Source: a virus (Duplodnaviria; Caudoviricetes). Taken from it: a DNA stretch of 64,000 nt. Made by a program: the position numbers and the translations under genes. The stretch is taken from positions 22,058-86,057 of IMG/VR virus record IMGVR_UViG_3300033067_000589; one strand, given 5' to 3'. Position 1 is the stretch's first letter; each line of letters opens with the position of its first letter. A model generated the notes under the pieces. That model was given only the letters and a program-made list of their open reading frames with translations, had not been told where the DNA came from and did not search any database. Below are positions 29,101-38,966 of the stretch, in pieces.

Positions 29101-30032
29101 TGAGATATATATGCGCACAACCTGCTACTCCTTATTTTGAGTGGCAGGTTGAAGTTATGATAAATAACTTTATCGAAAAGGGCGTGAATCCTACTAAGAT
29201 GGATATACTCGTATCTTACGATACGGAAATTCCTCAAAAGTGGCTAAAACTTAGAGATGGATATAGGTTTGTAAACTTTCATTTTTACAAAGACGAAAGA
29301 GAACATAAACACTATCAGCCATCAATCTACTTTTATTTACTCAAGAAACACTTTGAGGCAAATCCTTGGTTAAAGAGTGAGACTTTATTCTTACACGATT
29401 CAGACATTTTATTTACCAAGAATTACAACTTTTCTTTCGCTACTAATCCGGGAGATAAGAAGTGGTATCTATCAAATACTAACTCATATTTGAATTACGA
29501 TTATATTCAACAGAAGGGTAATTATATCTATCGAGATATGTGTTCTATTGTGGGTATCGACCCATTAGTTCCACGGTTAATGAAATCCCACTCTGGAGGA
29601 GCGCAGTATATAGTCAAGGATACAAATTATGATTTTTGGGATATAGTAGAAAAAACAAGTGTAGAGTTGTATGATTATTTCGTACAATCCGAATCGCAAT
29701 TTAAAAAAGATAATCCAAATGTAGAGCCAATTCAAAAATGGACAGCAGGTATGTGGTCTATACTTTGGAACGCATGGCTGGCAGGGCATGAAACGGTGGT
29801 GGATAGTCGTATGGATTTCTGTTTTGCAACATCAGATATATCAGAGGTGGATAGGGTAAATATCTTTCACAATGCAGGAGTAATGCAAAGTCACACTGAC
29901 CTTTTTAGGAAGACGGCATATACTCAACTTTACCCATACAATATAGCACCAGAACCAAGAAGAGATAGTGCTAGTTGGTATTATTGGAATGAAGTTCAAA
30001 AGGTATCAAAGAAAACAGTTTTGGCAAATTAG
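29100..30032 (+). CDS. GT-A glycosyltransferase resembling GT95/GT96 (HPAT/SGT1)
   Basis: CAQPATPYFEWQVEVM N-terminus, HDSDILF DxD motif, KWTAGMWS; TGATG overlap with the upstream gene. Confidence 0.65.
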   Translation: MRYICAQPATPYFEWQVEVMINNFIEKGVNPTKMDILVSYDTEIPQKWLKLRDGYRFVNFHFYKDEREHKHYQPSIYFYLLKKHFEANPWLKSETLFLHDSDILFTKNYNFSFATNPGDKKWYLSNTNSYLNYDYIQQKGNYIYRDMCSIVGIDPLVPRLMKSHSGGAQYIVKDTNYDFWDIVEKTSVELYDYFVQSESQFKKDNPNVEPIQKWTAGMWSILWNAWLAGHETVVDSRMDFCFATSDISEVDRVNIFHNAGVMQSHTDLFRKTAYTQLYPYNIAPEPRRDSASWYYWNEVQKVSKKTVLAN

Positions 30033-30046
30033 TTTAGGTTGAGTGC

Positions 30047-30086
30047 ATATTGGTGGTTTCATTTTGATTCCACCAATATATTTTTT
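30047..30086 (+). terminator. Intrinsic terminator
   Basis: ATATTGGTGG/CCACCAATAT stem plus T-rich tail. Confidence 0.7.
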
Positions 30087-30119
30087 ATTTTTATATGACA
30101 AAACAAACATTAAACACAC

Positions 30120-30470
30120 ATGAGTTTATTTGGAAATATAGCTGAATACGCAAAGGCATACGCATCTATTATTAAGAATATGTCAGCATCTGACATCGAA
30201 AGTATCATTAAGGCATACGGAGACTCCATCAAGTTTGATATGGATAATCTTCCAGAATCAGGAGAGGGTATGACAAAACAGGTTTACTTAGATAGACTTG
30301 ACAAGTGCTTGAAGTGCCCATTAAAAAATGGAAACACGTGTGATCCAACAAGACAAAGGATTCACGTAGATACAGGGCAAATAGTGAATGGTTGTGGATG
30401 TAACTTGGTAGTAAAACAAAAATCACCACAGTACGGATGTCCGGCAGGAGAATGGAAACCAGTAATTTAA
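30120..30470 (+). CDS. Cys-rich putative Zn-binding protein (DUF6171-like)
   Basis: RLDKCLKCP...TC...GCGCNL..K......CPAGEW. Confidence 0.55.
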   Translation: MSLFGNIAEYAKAYASIIKNMSASDIESIIKAYGDSIKFDMDNLPESGEGMTKQVYLDRLDKCLKCPLKNGNTCDPTRQRIHVDTGQIVNGCGCNLVVKQKSPQYGCPAGEWKPVI

Positions 30471-30477
30471 AAATATA

Positions 30478-31074
30478 ATGATTTCAGAAGAGCAACACAA
30501 GGAACTTCTTGACGAGGTTCAAAAATTAAGAAAAAGAATAGAGGATATTGAATTTGCTAATGATGCTGCATTATTCACATCGTACATGGCAAACCTAGAT
30601 AGACCAACTATCTATCGGTGTATTGAAACAGCAGTAGCCAGATATTTTAATATCCCATTTACTGACTTCTATAATTCATTACTTATAGGAAAAAGAGGCG
30701 GTAAAAGCACAAGTGCTAGATTATTACCAGAAGACCCATCTAATATAGAAGATAAGTACACAAGGGAAATTATTGCTAGGCAGTGCTTATTTGGTATCTT
30801 GCATATAGAATTTCATGTACCAATCCCAAGATTGATGGAGTTTTATAACACAAATCCTACCAATTATATTAGAGAGTGGAGAGAGCGATTTGTTCGCATA
30901 TTTTACTCAGGAGGTGAAATGCCAGCTAGGTACGATTTGGTTTACGAAAAATACTGGAGAGGATGTTTTAAAGAGGCAGTATTTGTTTCACAAGAAATGG
31001 GATTGTATGATGAGTTAATCGAGAGATTATCAGAGGGGAATGTAGATAAACTCTCAAAGTGGAGGGTAAAATAA
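30478..31074 (+). CDS. Hypothetical protein (198 aa)
   Basis: Clean ORF before the portal gene. Confidence 0.6.
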   Translation: MISEEQHKELLDEVQKLRKRIEDIEFANDAALFTSYMANLDRPTIYRCIETAVARYFNIPFTDFYNSLLIGKRGGKSTSARLLPEDPSNIEDKYTREIIARQCLFGILHIEFHVPIPRLMEFYNTNPTNYIREWRERFVRIFYSGGEMPARYDLVYEKYWRGCFKEAVFVSQEMGLYDELIERLSEGNVDKLSKWRVK

Positions 31075-31083
31075 AAATATAGA

Positions 31084-33519
31084 ATGGCATACAAATCAAT
31101 ATTAGACAGAATTGACTACCTAGAATTTCCAACAATTCTTTGGTCAGAGGATTACGATAAAGACCCGGAGTTGCTGAATATGCTTGTTCAGCACATTTCA
31201 GACTTTATGCTATTTAACAGTAATGTACCTTTTGATGATGCCAAAAACCCATCAGTTAATATTGATATATTTGAAGGGAATACACAGTCTGGAGAATTAA
31301 GAGAAGAGTTTGAAGGGTTACTCTATACTTATGGAGAAGAAGGCCCAGCCGAGCTTAATGATTATAAATTCCACCGTACAGCATTTGAGGCTATCGAAGG
31401 TACACTTATTGGTATGCCACTCAAATTTACAATGCACAATGTATCTCAAGCATTTACTGATAAGCAACTCACGAAAATGTCAGAGAAAGCTGCTGCTTAT
31501 ATCCGTAATGCAGCTATTGATGCAATAATGCAACAGACAGGAGAGAATTTAGAGGATTTAAAAGACCCAGATGCAGAAGCTCCATCAACAATGGAAGAAC
31601 TATTAGAGGAGCTAGATGGCAGTCAGCAACTAGAATGGGTAGCTACAAGATTACTACTAAATCTTAGCCGAAGATATAACACAGAAGATGAACTACGCAA
31701 AGCAAATAAAGACCATTATGTAAGAAATTGTATGTTTGCTCATGTAGATACAGAAAGTGCTACACCACAATTAAAGTACGTATCTCCTGACCAAATAAAA
31801 TTTATCTCTCCTGTTTCAGTCGAAGACATGGATGATCCAAACATTATTGCATGGAGTATAAACAATTACATTTCTTTAGAAAACGCATTGAGGAAATATG
31901 GTCAAGATTTAGCTGAGCAAAAAAGCCTTCAAGAGATTATTGATATTGTTGTAAGGCTTAGACAAAATGGTAATATCAATGGTGCTTATGACCCAACTAG
32001 GCTAGCTACAACCTACCTTACAGAACAGGTACAAGGCGACCACGGATATTCTGTTACTATCCCATTTGAATCTACCTTTTTCCCTACATCTGACCTAACA
32101 AATCATAATGGGGTTTGTGCTATCCTTGAGCAAAAGATATACTTCAAAGTAATCAAGCAAAAGAAGTTTATCGTGAAGGTAAACGGAAAAAACCCTACCG
32201 CTCAAGAAAGGAAAAGAATGAAGTTTGGTATCACAGTGGAGGGTATTACATATAAAAGGGTTGATGATAAGTATAAGGCAAAGCCGGGTGAGTATTTAAT
32301 CAAGAAGCCATACGAAGAGATGTGGGAGGCTACAAGGTTAGCTCATAATACAATTATTCGTGTTGGCCCATATAAGTACCAAACAAGATACGAGAAAGAC
32401 CAAAATAGAGTATTCCCTCCGGTTATTGGACTTATATCTCATACTGAATCTTTAGTTAGTGTAAGTAAATCATTCTGGAAGATGTACAACTCTTTCATGT
32501 ACAAGGCTGATGAGCTAACTAAACTAACAGGATCAGAAGATGTATTGATGATTGATAGAGCACAATCTAATGGCGATGTGAAATCTATGCTTTACAATGC
32601 AAGAAAAGCTGGATTTGTTGAGTTTGATTCTACTCTAGTACAAGACAGAGAGAATCCACTGGCTAGGTTACACATGAATAAAGTTTCATTCTCCCCATCT
32701 GCAAAATCTGTAATGAATTATTTAGAGGCTGCTGATGCCATAAAAAGAATGTGGGGAGATATAGTAGGTATCAATGCTCACTCTTTGGGTCAGGCATCTC
32801 CTTATGACTCAAACGGAAAGGTAAATACACTTATCCAACAGGCATCTTTGATTATGCGTAGATACTATTATGAGGACTACACATTTAGAAAAAGAGCTTA
32901 TCAGAGATACACAGATATTGTCAAGAAATTCTTTGGCTCAAAGAATCAAAACATATCTATTTATTGGGGGCCACAAGAGAAAGAAATCCTAAGAGTTACC
33001 AAAGACTTATCTACATACGACATGGAGGTTTACTTGGATATGGGTACTAAGTCTATGGAAGATAAGGCGTTCTTGGAAAATATGGCTAGCATGGCACTCT
33101 CTTCTGGTGCAATGGATGTAGCTACAATGGCTGAAATTAGACTGAATGAGAACCCCACAGAAGCGTTGGCTATCATTAAATCTACTGCCAAGAAGATGGA
33201 AGAAATGCAAAATCAAAGAGCGCAACAACAACAACAAATTCTTCAAGAGAAAAATCAAATTGATAAAGCTGCTAAGGTCGATGTTCCACTTCAAAGAACC
33301 CAAATCCAGTCAGAAACAGATAGATTTATTGCTGAATTGAAAGAGCAATCTAAGAGAGCTTCTGATAACTTCAAGGGAGAGATGTATGACATTAAAGAGG
33401 CGAATGATAGACAGAAATTGTTATTAAATGCAGAGGCTGATTTAGAGAAACAATCTCAACTCCAAGAAGAACAAGCTATCATAAATGAATCACAACAACA
33501 AGCACCACCTCCAATGTAA
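31084..33519 (+). CDS. Portal protein (811 aa, crAss-like)
   Basis: Size, position before scaffold and MCP, C-terminal Q/E-rich coiled-coil barrel, WGDIVGINAHSLGQ stem-helix region. Confidence 0.8.
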   Translation: MAYKSILDRIDYLEFPTILWSEDYDKDPELLNMLVQHISDFMLFNSNVPFDDAKNPSVNIDIFEGNTQSGELREEFEGLLYTYGEEGPAELNDYKFHRTAFEAIEGTLIGMPLKFTMHNVSQAFTDKQLTKMSEKAAAYIRNAAIDAIMQQTGENLEDLKDPDAEAPSTMEELLEELDGSQQLEWVATRLLLNLSRRYNTEDELRKANKDHYVRNCMFAHVDTESATPQLKYVSPDQIKFISPVSVEDMDDPNIIAWSINNYISLENALRKYGQDLAEQKSLQEIIDIVVRLRQNGNINGAYDPTRLATTYLTEQVQGDHGYSVTIPFESTFFPTSDLTNHNGVCAILEQKIYFKVIKQKKFIVKVNGKNPTAQERKRMKFGITVEGITYKRVDDKYKAKPGEYLIKKPYEEMWEATRLAHNTIIRVGPYKYQTRYEKDQNRVFPPVIGLISHTESLVSVSKSFWKMYNSFMYKADELTKLTGSEDVLMIDRAQSNGDVKSMLYNARKAGFVEFDSTLVQDRENPLARLHMNKVSFSPSAKSVMNYLEAADAIKRMWGDIVGINAHSLGQASPYDSNGKVNTLIQQASLIMRRYYYEDYTFRKRAYQRYTDIVKKFFGSKNQNISIYWGPQEKEILRVTKDLSTYDMEVYLDMGTKSMEDKAFLENMASMALSSGAMDVATMAEIRLNENPTEALAIIKSTAKKMEEMQNQRAQQQQQILQEKNQIDKAAKVDVPLQRTQIQSETDRFIAELKEQSKRASDNFKGEMYDIKEANDRQKLLLNAEADLEKQSQLQEEQAIINESQQQAPPPM

Positions 33520-33537
33520 GGGGTTGGTGCTTTTTTT
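33501..33537 (+). terminator. Intrinsic terminator after the portal gene
   Basis: AGCACCA/TGGTGCT stem plus T7. Confidence 0.65.
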
Positions 33538-33553
33538 ACATAGATAAAGTTTA

Positions 33554-33561
33554 TATTTTTG
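33554..33561 (+). promoter_or_regulatory. -7 promoter box for the capsid operon
   Basis: TATTTTTG upstream of 33595. Confidence 0.5.
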
Positions 33562-33594
33562 TATAGAACAAACAACTAAAAATAAGTAAAGATT

Positions 33595-34521
33595 ATGCAG
33601 TTCGACAACTTACCATCGGAAGATGACGGTTTAATCCCAAATCTACCACTCGACAATTTTACACCTACTAATGATTCAGTTGGTGTAGGTTACGAAGATA
33701 CTATTAAGGATATTCTCGAAGATACTAATTCAACATCAGATGAAGGTGTATCTGGCGAAGAGGGTAGTTCTAGTAATGAGGGTGTTGCAGATGGAGATGA
33801 TGATTTTTCATACACGCCACCATCTGAAAAAGATTACTCAGATATAATCAAGAAAGAGCTTGGTAGCGATCTTCAAACATTAGGAGAGGAGTTGCCAGAA
33901 AGTGCAACAGAGCAGGATTATCTTGATTTAAAAAAGAAAGTAACACTTGTTGCTAATACGGTAAATGAGTCTGAAACTTTTGTAGAGGCAATCAATAGAT
34001 TCAATTCTACCGATGATGAGATTATTGTTTATGAGCTAATGGAGCAATATCCACTGGAGTCTGACGATGAAATTTCTGAAAGGTTAAATAAGCTCTATAT
34101 TGATGGCGACAAGGACAATGGATTAACTCCAAGAGCCAAAGCACTAGCTGATAAGAAGAGAAAGGAATACCAAAGGATAGCTGTAAATATCGCTAATGAA
34201 GCAAAGAAATCAGCCGAAGAAGAATTAAAGAAAATTATTTCCGAAAGAGAGGAGTCAGTGAAAGCTGTAAAAGAATTAAAGCTAGATACCTTAGAGGTTG
34301 ATGATGATGGAGATAAATTTAAGGTAGAAATGCCTAAAATACCAAACTCCATGAAATATGAGTTATTGAATTTTATGCGTGATAACGAAGTAAAAGGCAA
34401 AACTCCACAAGAAAAAGCTCAAAATGCTGCGCTATTATTCCCAAAGACTAGAGATTTGATTCTCAAAGAAGTTGCGAAAAAGGCGTACATTGCAGGGCAA
34501 ACGAGGGCATTGAAAAATTAA
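33595..34521 (+). CDS. Acidic scaffolding-like protein (308 aa)
   Basis: Very D/E-rich, helical, directly upstream of the MCP. Confidence 0.55.
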   Translation: MQFDNLPSEDDGLIPNLPLDNFTPTNDSVGVGYEDTIKDILEDTNSTSDEGVSGEEGSSSNEGVADGDDDFSYTPPSEKDYSDIIKKELGSDLQTLGEELPESATEQDYLDLKKKVTLVANTVNESETFVEAINRFNSTDDEIIVYELMEQYPLESDDEISERLNKLYIDGDKDNGLTPRAKALADKKRKEYQRIAVNIANEAKKSAEEELKKIISEREESVKAVKELKLDTLEVDDDGDKFKVEMPKIPNSMKYELLNFMRDNEVKGKTPQEKAQNAALLFPKTRDLILKEVAKKAYIAGQTRALKN

Positions 34522-34536
34522 TTTTTAACGTAGAAT

Positions 34537-36135
34537 ATGACTCAAATCAAAATCCAAAATATCAAGCGTTCAACAAAGTTGAACTATGATATGAAATTCT
34601 TAGGCAACCACTTGCTCCGTGACGAAAAGGCGGTAGCTAGGGTTATCTATAAATTTGCAGGTCGTGATTCTTTCATTGGATTCCTAGCACAGTACGGTAT
34701 CTCCACAGGAGAGCAAGGTGCTGCTGGTGTAGCTAATGAAACAATCGCTGAATCGCTGGTAAGATGGAGAATTGTAGATAACACCTATGAGGCTTGCCGA
34801 ATTGTGGATGTTTCTACTGTTCCTCAAACTATTACAGCAAACACTCCATTTGAAATTTCACTTAACGAAGGTTGGGTAGATACAGATGGTTTGCTTTTAT
34901 CAAGTGATGGTAAAACTATCTTCTACGTAAGAGGTAAGAAGCCAAACTTGGGCATCATTTCTCAAGGTGTTACATACATCTTAGAGTGGCCTTCTCCAGA
35001 TCCAGCTTCAACAATCACATCTGAGATGTTGCAAGTTGGTAAGTACATGAACTACATCTCCAACGCAAAAGGCGAGCGTTCATCTACTTCTCAGGAGATT
35101 AAAATTGACCATGCAAGTTATGACTTGTTTAACGTAACTCAGGTAGTTCGTCACAAGATTTCTGCTTCTGGTCATGCTTTAAGTACAGACATCACAAATG
35201 AGATTCTTCTTTATGAAGAAGTTGATTCTGCTACGAAAAAAGCAATCAACCAATATGTACTTCCATTCTCAGGTAAGTTATTACAGAAACACTTAGAGTC
35301 TGTATCTAGCTTAATCTACTTTGGTCGTACCAACTTTGATGCTTACAACCGTGTTGTTCGTACTCTTCGTCAGAATGGTGGAGGAAACGAAATTCCATTA
35401 ATGGCAGGGGTTAAGCAACAATTTGAATATACTGAGCGTGTGGGTGAATATAACCCATTTGACTCTCCGGCACGTAACCTTGAGATTGTAGAGTCCATTA
35501 TCTCTCAGTCGAAAGATTATTACCGTAAAGAAATGGTTGATTTCATTGTTATCACTGGTGGTGGTGGTCGTGCAGTATTGAAGAAAATCCAAAAAGAGAA
35601 AACAAAACAACAAGGCATCTCGCTTCGTGTTTCTGATTCTGCTGTTGGAAATGGACAAGGCACAATCGCTGCTGGCTTGAGATGGGATGAAACATACCAA
35701 TCAGATGATGGTACACTAAAAATCATGAACACTCAGTTCTCTACGAAACCACGTGGTTTCCAGATTGACAAGAAGGTTCTTGATGGTGTGGCATACGACA
35801 TTGATGGTTACGATATGTATTTCGTGCCAATCGGTATGTCTGAAACTGTAAACGGCGCACGTACAGTTCGGATTGCAACTAAAAAGAAAGGTTCACTTAA
35901 CCGTGGTCTTGTTCTTGGTTCAATCGCTGGTATGTCAGGTTTACATGGAAACGGTATGGATATGCCTAACCTTACTGATAGTGACATGAAATTCATCAAC
36001 TCAGTAGCTAACCAACAGAACTACAAAGTAGCATCTCCTGTTGATGGTGAAGAGTTTATGGTTCTTTCTGAGCTAACAGTTATCGTTGAAAACCCAGATG
36101 ACATCTACTGGTTGAAAGCGAAATTTGACGCATAA
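34537..36135 (+). CDS. Major capsid protein (532 aa, crAss-like HK97 fold)
   Basis: Strong codon bias (CGT/GGT/ATC), FIVITGGGGR motif, position, downstream hairpin. Confidence 0.85.
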   Translation: MTQIKIQNIKRSTKLNYDMKFLGNHLLRDEKAVARVIYKFAGRDSFIGFLAQYGISTGEQGAAGVANETIAESLVRWRIVDNTYEACRIVDVSTVPQTITANTPFEISLNEGWVDTDGLLLSSDGKTIFYVRGKKPNLGIISQGVTYILEWPSPDPASTITSEMLQVGKYMNYISNAKGERSSTSQEIKIDHASYDLFNVTQVVRHKISASGHALSTDITNEILLYEEVDSATKKAINQYVLPFSGKLLQKHLESVSSLIYFGRTNFDAYNRVVRTLRQNGGGNEIPLMAGVKQQFEYTERVGEYNPFDSPARNLEIVESIISQSKDYYRKEMVDFIVITGGGGRAVLKKIQKEKTKQQGISLRVSDSAVGNGQGTIAAGLRWDETYQSDDGTLKIMNTQFSTKPRGFQIDKKVLDGVAYDIDGYDMYFVPIGMSETVNGARTVRIATKKKGSLNRGLVLGSIAGMSGLHGNGMDMPNLTDSDMKFINSVANQQNYKVASPVDGEEFMVLSELTVIVENPDDIYWLKAKFDA

Positions 36136-36141
36136 TAAAAT

Positions 36142-36173
36142 AGGTAGCCTAGTAAGAAACAGCTAGGCTACCT
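36142..36173 (+). terminator. Hairpin after the MCP (attenuating terminator or stabiliser)
   Basis: AGGTAGCCTAG/CTAGGCTACCT 11-bp perfect stem, weak T tract. Confidence 0.6.
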
Positions 36174-36203
36174 TACTTTAACAACACAAAAAAAAGATAT
36201 TAT

Positions 36204-37286
36204 ATGTTAGTACCAGTTCATTCAGAAGTGATTACCCATCACTCACCAAATCCAAAGATTCGTAATTACACTTTAAGACAATCATTCAAGGTTCTTCAAA
36301 AAGATGGAACGTATAAAGAGATTTTCTATACGGATGACTCCGGTAATCCAATCAGCATTACAGTTGGTAAGGACTTTGTTTTTGACCTAAGTAAAAAATG
36401 TGATGCTGATAACTATAAGAAGTTGCAGATTCAATTACAGCTTGATCCAGAGTTGAAGCAGCACATTAAAATCCTTGATGACAATCTAAATATCGACAAG
36501 GCAATCAAGTTTGATAAAATTAAAATTCGAGTGAAAAATCAATTACTCGACTTGTACGAAAAGGAAAATGAGGAATACCTAGCTAAGATATTCCGAAGAA
36601 TGTACAAGAATACAAGAGGCTTGACCATTGGTGTAATCTACAAAAAACTATCAGAGGTTGCAGAGACAGAGCCACAGAAGATTCAAGAAATGATTGATGA
36701 TGCTGACTTTGAACTCAAAGCACTTATCGACCAAGCAAGAGAATCACGTGTATTAGATTATGATGGTGTTTACAAATCTCGTGATGGTAAAATCTTGGCA
36801 GGCAATGATGAAGAAATGGTTTATTTACTCAAGCAGCAGCCAGAGTTTAAGAAGAACCTAGAGGCACTATTGAGACAAACTGCAAAGGTCGAAGCCATTA
36901 CTCCAGAGATTATTGGAAGGGTAAATGAGGAAGCACTTGCTCTACTTGAAGAACTTGATGATTCTCCAGTTGTATTAAATGGGAAGTCTATTGCATCATC
37001 GGATGACGACGATGAAGTGAACGAAGATTATACTCCAGAGCTAATCGCTGAGACCATTAAGGAAGCTCTCAAAGAGAATGTCATTAAAGTTGTTGCAGCG
37101 AAAGGGCCAAACGCAGGAATGGTTAATGTTCCGGGTATTTCACAGAATATCCCTAAGAAAACATTACAGGCTTTCTACGAGAACTCTCATCCACAATTCA
37201 AGATATTGCTTGAAGAATTGAGGGCTATCGAGTTGGATAGACTAGAGAGTGATGAATTAGAGAAAACTTTAAATAATTTGAATTAA
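36204..37286 (+). CDS. Conserved post-capsid protein (crAss gene-75-like position)
   Basis: Synteny with crAss-like capsid modules; 360 aa. Confidence 0.5.
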   Translation: MLVPVHSEVITHHSPNPKIRNYTLRQSFKVLQKDGTYKEIFYTDDSGNPISITVGKDFVFDLSKKCDADNYKKLQIQLQLDPELKQHIKILDDNLNIDKAIKFDKIKIRVKNQLLDLYEKENEEYLAKIFRRMYKNTRGLTIGVIYKKLSEVAETEPQKIQEMIDDADFELKALIDQARESRVLDYDGVYKSRDGKILAGNDEEMVYLLKQQPEFKKNLEALLRQTAKVEAITPEIIGRVNEEALALLEELDDSPVVLNGKSIASSDDDDEVNEDYTPELIAETIKEALKENVIKVVAAKGPNAGMVNVPGISQNIPKKTLQAFYENSHPQFKILLEELRAIELDRLESDELEKTLNNLN

Positions 37287-37921
37287 TGAAAACCAACGAA
37301 CAGGTTTATAGAGAGATTGAACAATATAGAGATACAGTAAACTTCCCCTATTTTAACGAGGAAGTTGTAGCCGATTTCTTTCACAATAAATACCTGTCGT
37401 ACATTAATTCGATTGTTATGCAAGGGGAGAGTGAGATGATTCGCTCAAGAATCTCTCCCCTTATATACACTCAGGAGTTAGATGGAGTAAAATCATTTTT
37501 TACAACGGAGATAGAGCATAGTGTATTTTTAATAAGAAATATACTTGCCAATATGGAATTTGAGTGTAGAGGATTGAAAAGGATTATAACAAGACCAGTA
37601 CTTCCAGTTACGGATGATGCTATTGGTTTTGTGCTAGATGATCCATTTTCTACTCCTGATGATTACTTTCCATTATACATGGAGACAAGTTCTGGGCTTG
37701 AAGGACATAGAATGATAACTATTCATTCAAAGACCACACCAAAAGGTATTATCTTTACCTATGTTAAGATGCCAAAAAAGATAGACTTTATAGGAGACCC
37801 TGATGGCTATATGGAAGTCAATGAGATGGCGCAAAAGGAGATAATAAAGAGCGTTGTATCGGAGCTGTCTGCGATTATACCTGATGCAAGATACAATGGT
37901 CTAAAGAACGAGCAAATTTAA
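37286..37921 (+). CDS. Head-tail ring/connector-like protein
   Basis: PLY...ITIHS...FTYVKMPKKI pattern and synteny. Confidence 0.5.
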   Translation: MKTNEQVYREIEQYRDTVNFPYFNEEVVADFFHNKYLSYINSIVMQGESEMIRSRISPLIYTQELDGVKSFFTTEIEHSVFLIRNILANMEFECRGLKRIITRPVLPVTDDAIGFVLDDPFSTPDDYFPLYMETSSGLEGHRMITIHSKTTPKGIIFTYVKMPKKIDFIGDPDGYMEVNEMAQKEIIKSVVSELSAIIPDARYNGLKNEQI

Positions 37922-37934
37922 AATTCATATATAT

Positions 37935-38879
37935 ATGTTGATGAAAGGTTATAACAACAGTGATGCAGCTAGAGCACAAGGTAGCATTGTGAATAATTCA
38001 CAAATGTACACCTACGCTCCATGTTACACAATGGAGAAACCTAATTATTTTGTTATGCTAGGTAAAGGCGATAATAGCGCACTTACATTAGCCAACAGTT
38101 TAATTAAGGCGACTGGTTGTACATCACAAGGAAAGGCACTTGAGATTGCTTTCAAGTCTATTCAAAGTAACGTGCAAGTTTTATCTAGCACAGAGGCAGC
38201 AAAGCAAAAGGTAACATTCACAGTTGATAAAACAAAGATTGATTGTAATGCTAAGTTAATCGGTTTTACAATCGAGAAACGCCAAAACGATTGTTCTGCT
38301 GATGCAAATGTTTACAATGTATATGTTCCACTTGTAAAAACTTGTGAAGACGATACACAAACAAATGCAACGCTTGCTGCCGAACTCGCAGCTAGAGCGG
38401 TACAAACGCCTGATTATCCAGTTACAGTAACTGTAAACCCTAGTAACACAGCTCAGGTTATTGTTGAGGCAAAAACAGCAGGTGAAGGATTTTACGTTCA
38501 AGGTTTTGAGAACTTGACGTATGCTCTAGTGACTGCTAACTCTGCTGAAACTTTGAAGGGTAAAAACTTAGGAGATTTCGGTATTGTGCCTTGTGGTACT
38601 GTTGCTGATAATGCTTCGTTGAAGGTTATTTTGCTTCAAATCAAAGAAGATGTACAGTTGGATATTCACTTCTATGGTGATTCTAATTACTCTTCTGAGT
38701 CAGGAAGTTATGTAGGTGCATTGAAAACAGTTGCTTTCATTAGTGATGGAACTCATGCTGCCAATGTACAATACAACACATTAGCTACTATTCTTGCAGG
38801 TGGATTCTCTCCAGCTTCTGAATACTATGCTGTGTCAGATACAATTACACCGCTACCTACTACAACAGCAGGAGCGTAA
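37935..38879 (+). CDS. Abundant structural/decoration protein (314 aa)
   Basis: A/T/V-rich, codon bias similar to the MCP, followed by a terminator. Confidence 0.55.
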   Translation: MLMKGYNNSDAARAQGSIVNNSQMYTYAPCYTMEKPNYFVMLGKGDNSALTLANSLIKATGCTSQGKALEIAFKSIQSNVQVLSSTEAAKQKVTFTVDKTKIDCNAKLIGFTIEKRQNDCSADANVYNVYVPLVKTCEDDTQTNATLAAELAARAVQTPDYPVTVTVNPSNTAQVIVEAKTAGEGFYVQGFENLTYALVTANSAETLKGKNLGDFGIVPCGTVADNASLKVILLQIKEDVQLDIHFYGDSNYSSESGSYVGALKTVAFISDGTHAANVQYNTLATILAGGFSPASEYYAVSDTITPLPTTTAGA

Positions 38880-38913
38880 TTCTTCATATACTTGTGTTGT
38901 TTGTTTCAAAATT

Positions 38914-38940
38914 GGGCGAGGATTTCTTCGCCCTTTTTTT
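38914..38940 (+). terminator. Intrinsic terminator
   Basis: GGGCGAG/TTCGCCC stem plus T7. Confidence 0.75.
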
Positions 38941-38941
38941 G

Positions 38942-38949
38942 TATTTTTG
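38942..38949 (+). promoter_or_regulatory. -7 promoter box
   Basis: TATTTTTG(AT) directly after the terminator. Confidence 0.5.
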
Positions 38950-38966
38950 ATTTAAAAGAATGAGTT

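Noticed and set aside
38825-38905. ACACAAGTAT-ATG start context on the minus strand after the 37935 gene
   Set aside because: It opens only a 20-codon antisense ORF with no promoter support; more likely part of the 3' UTR.
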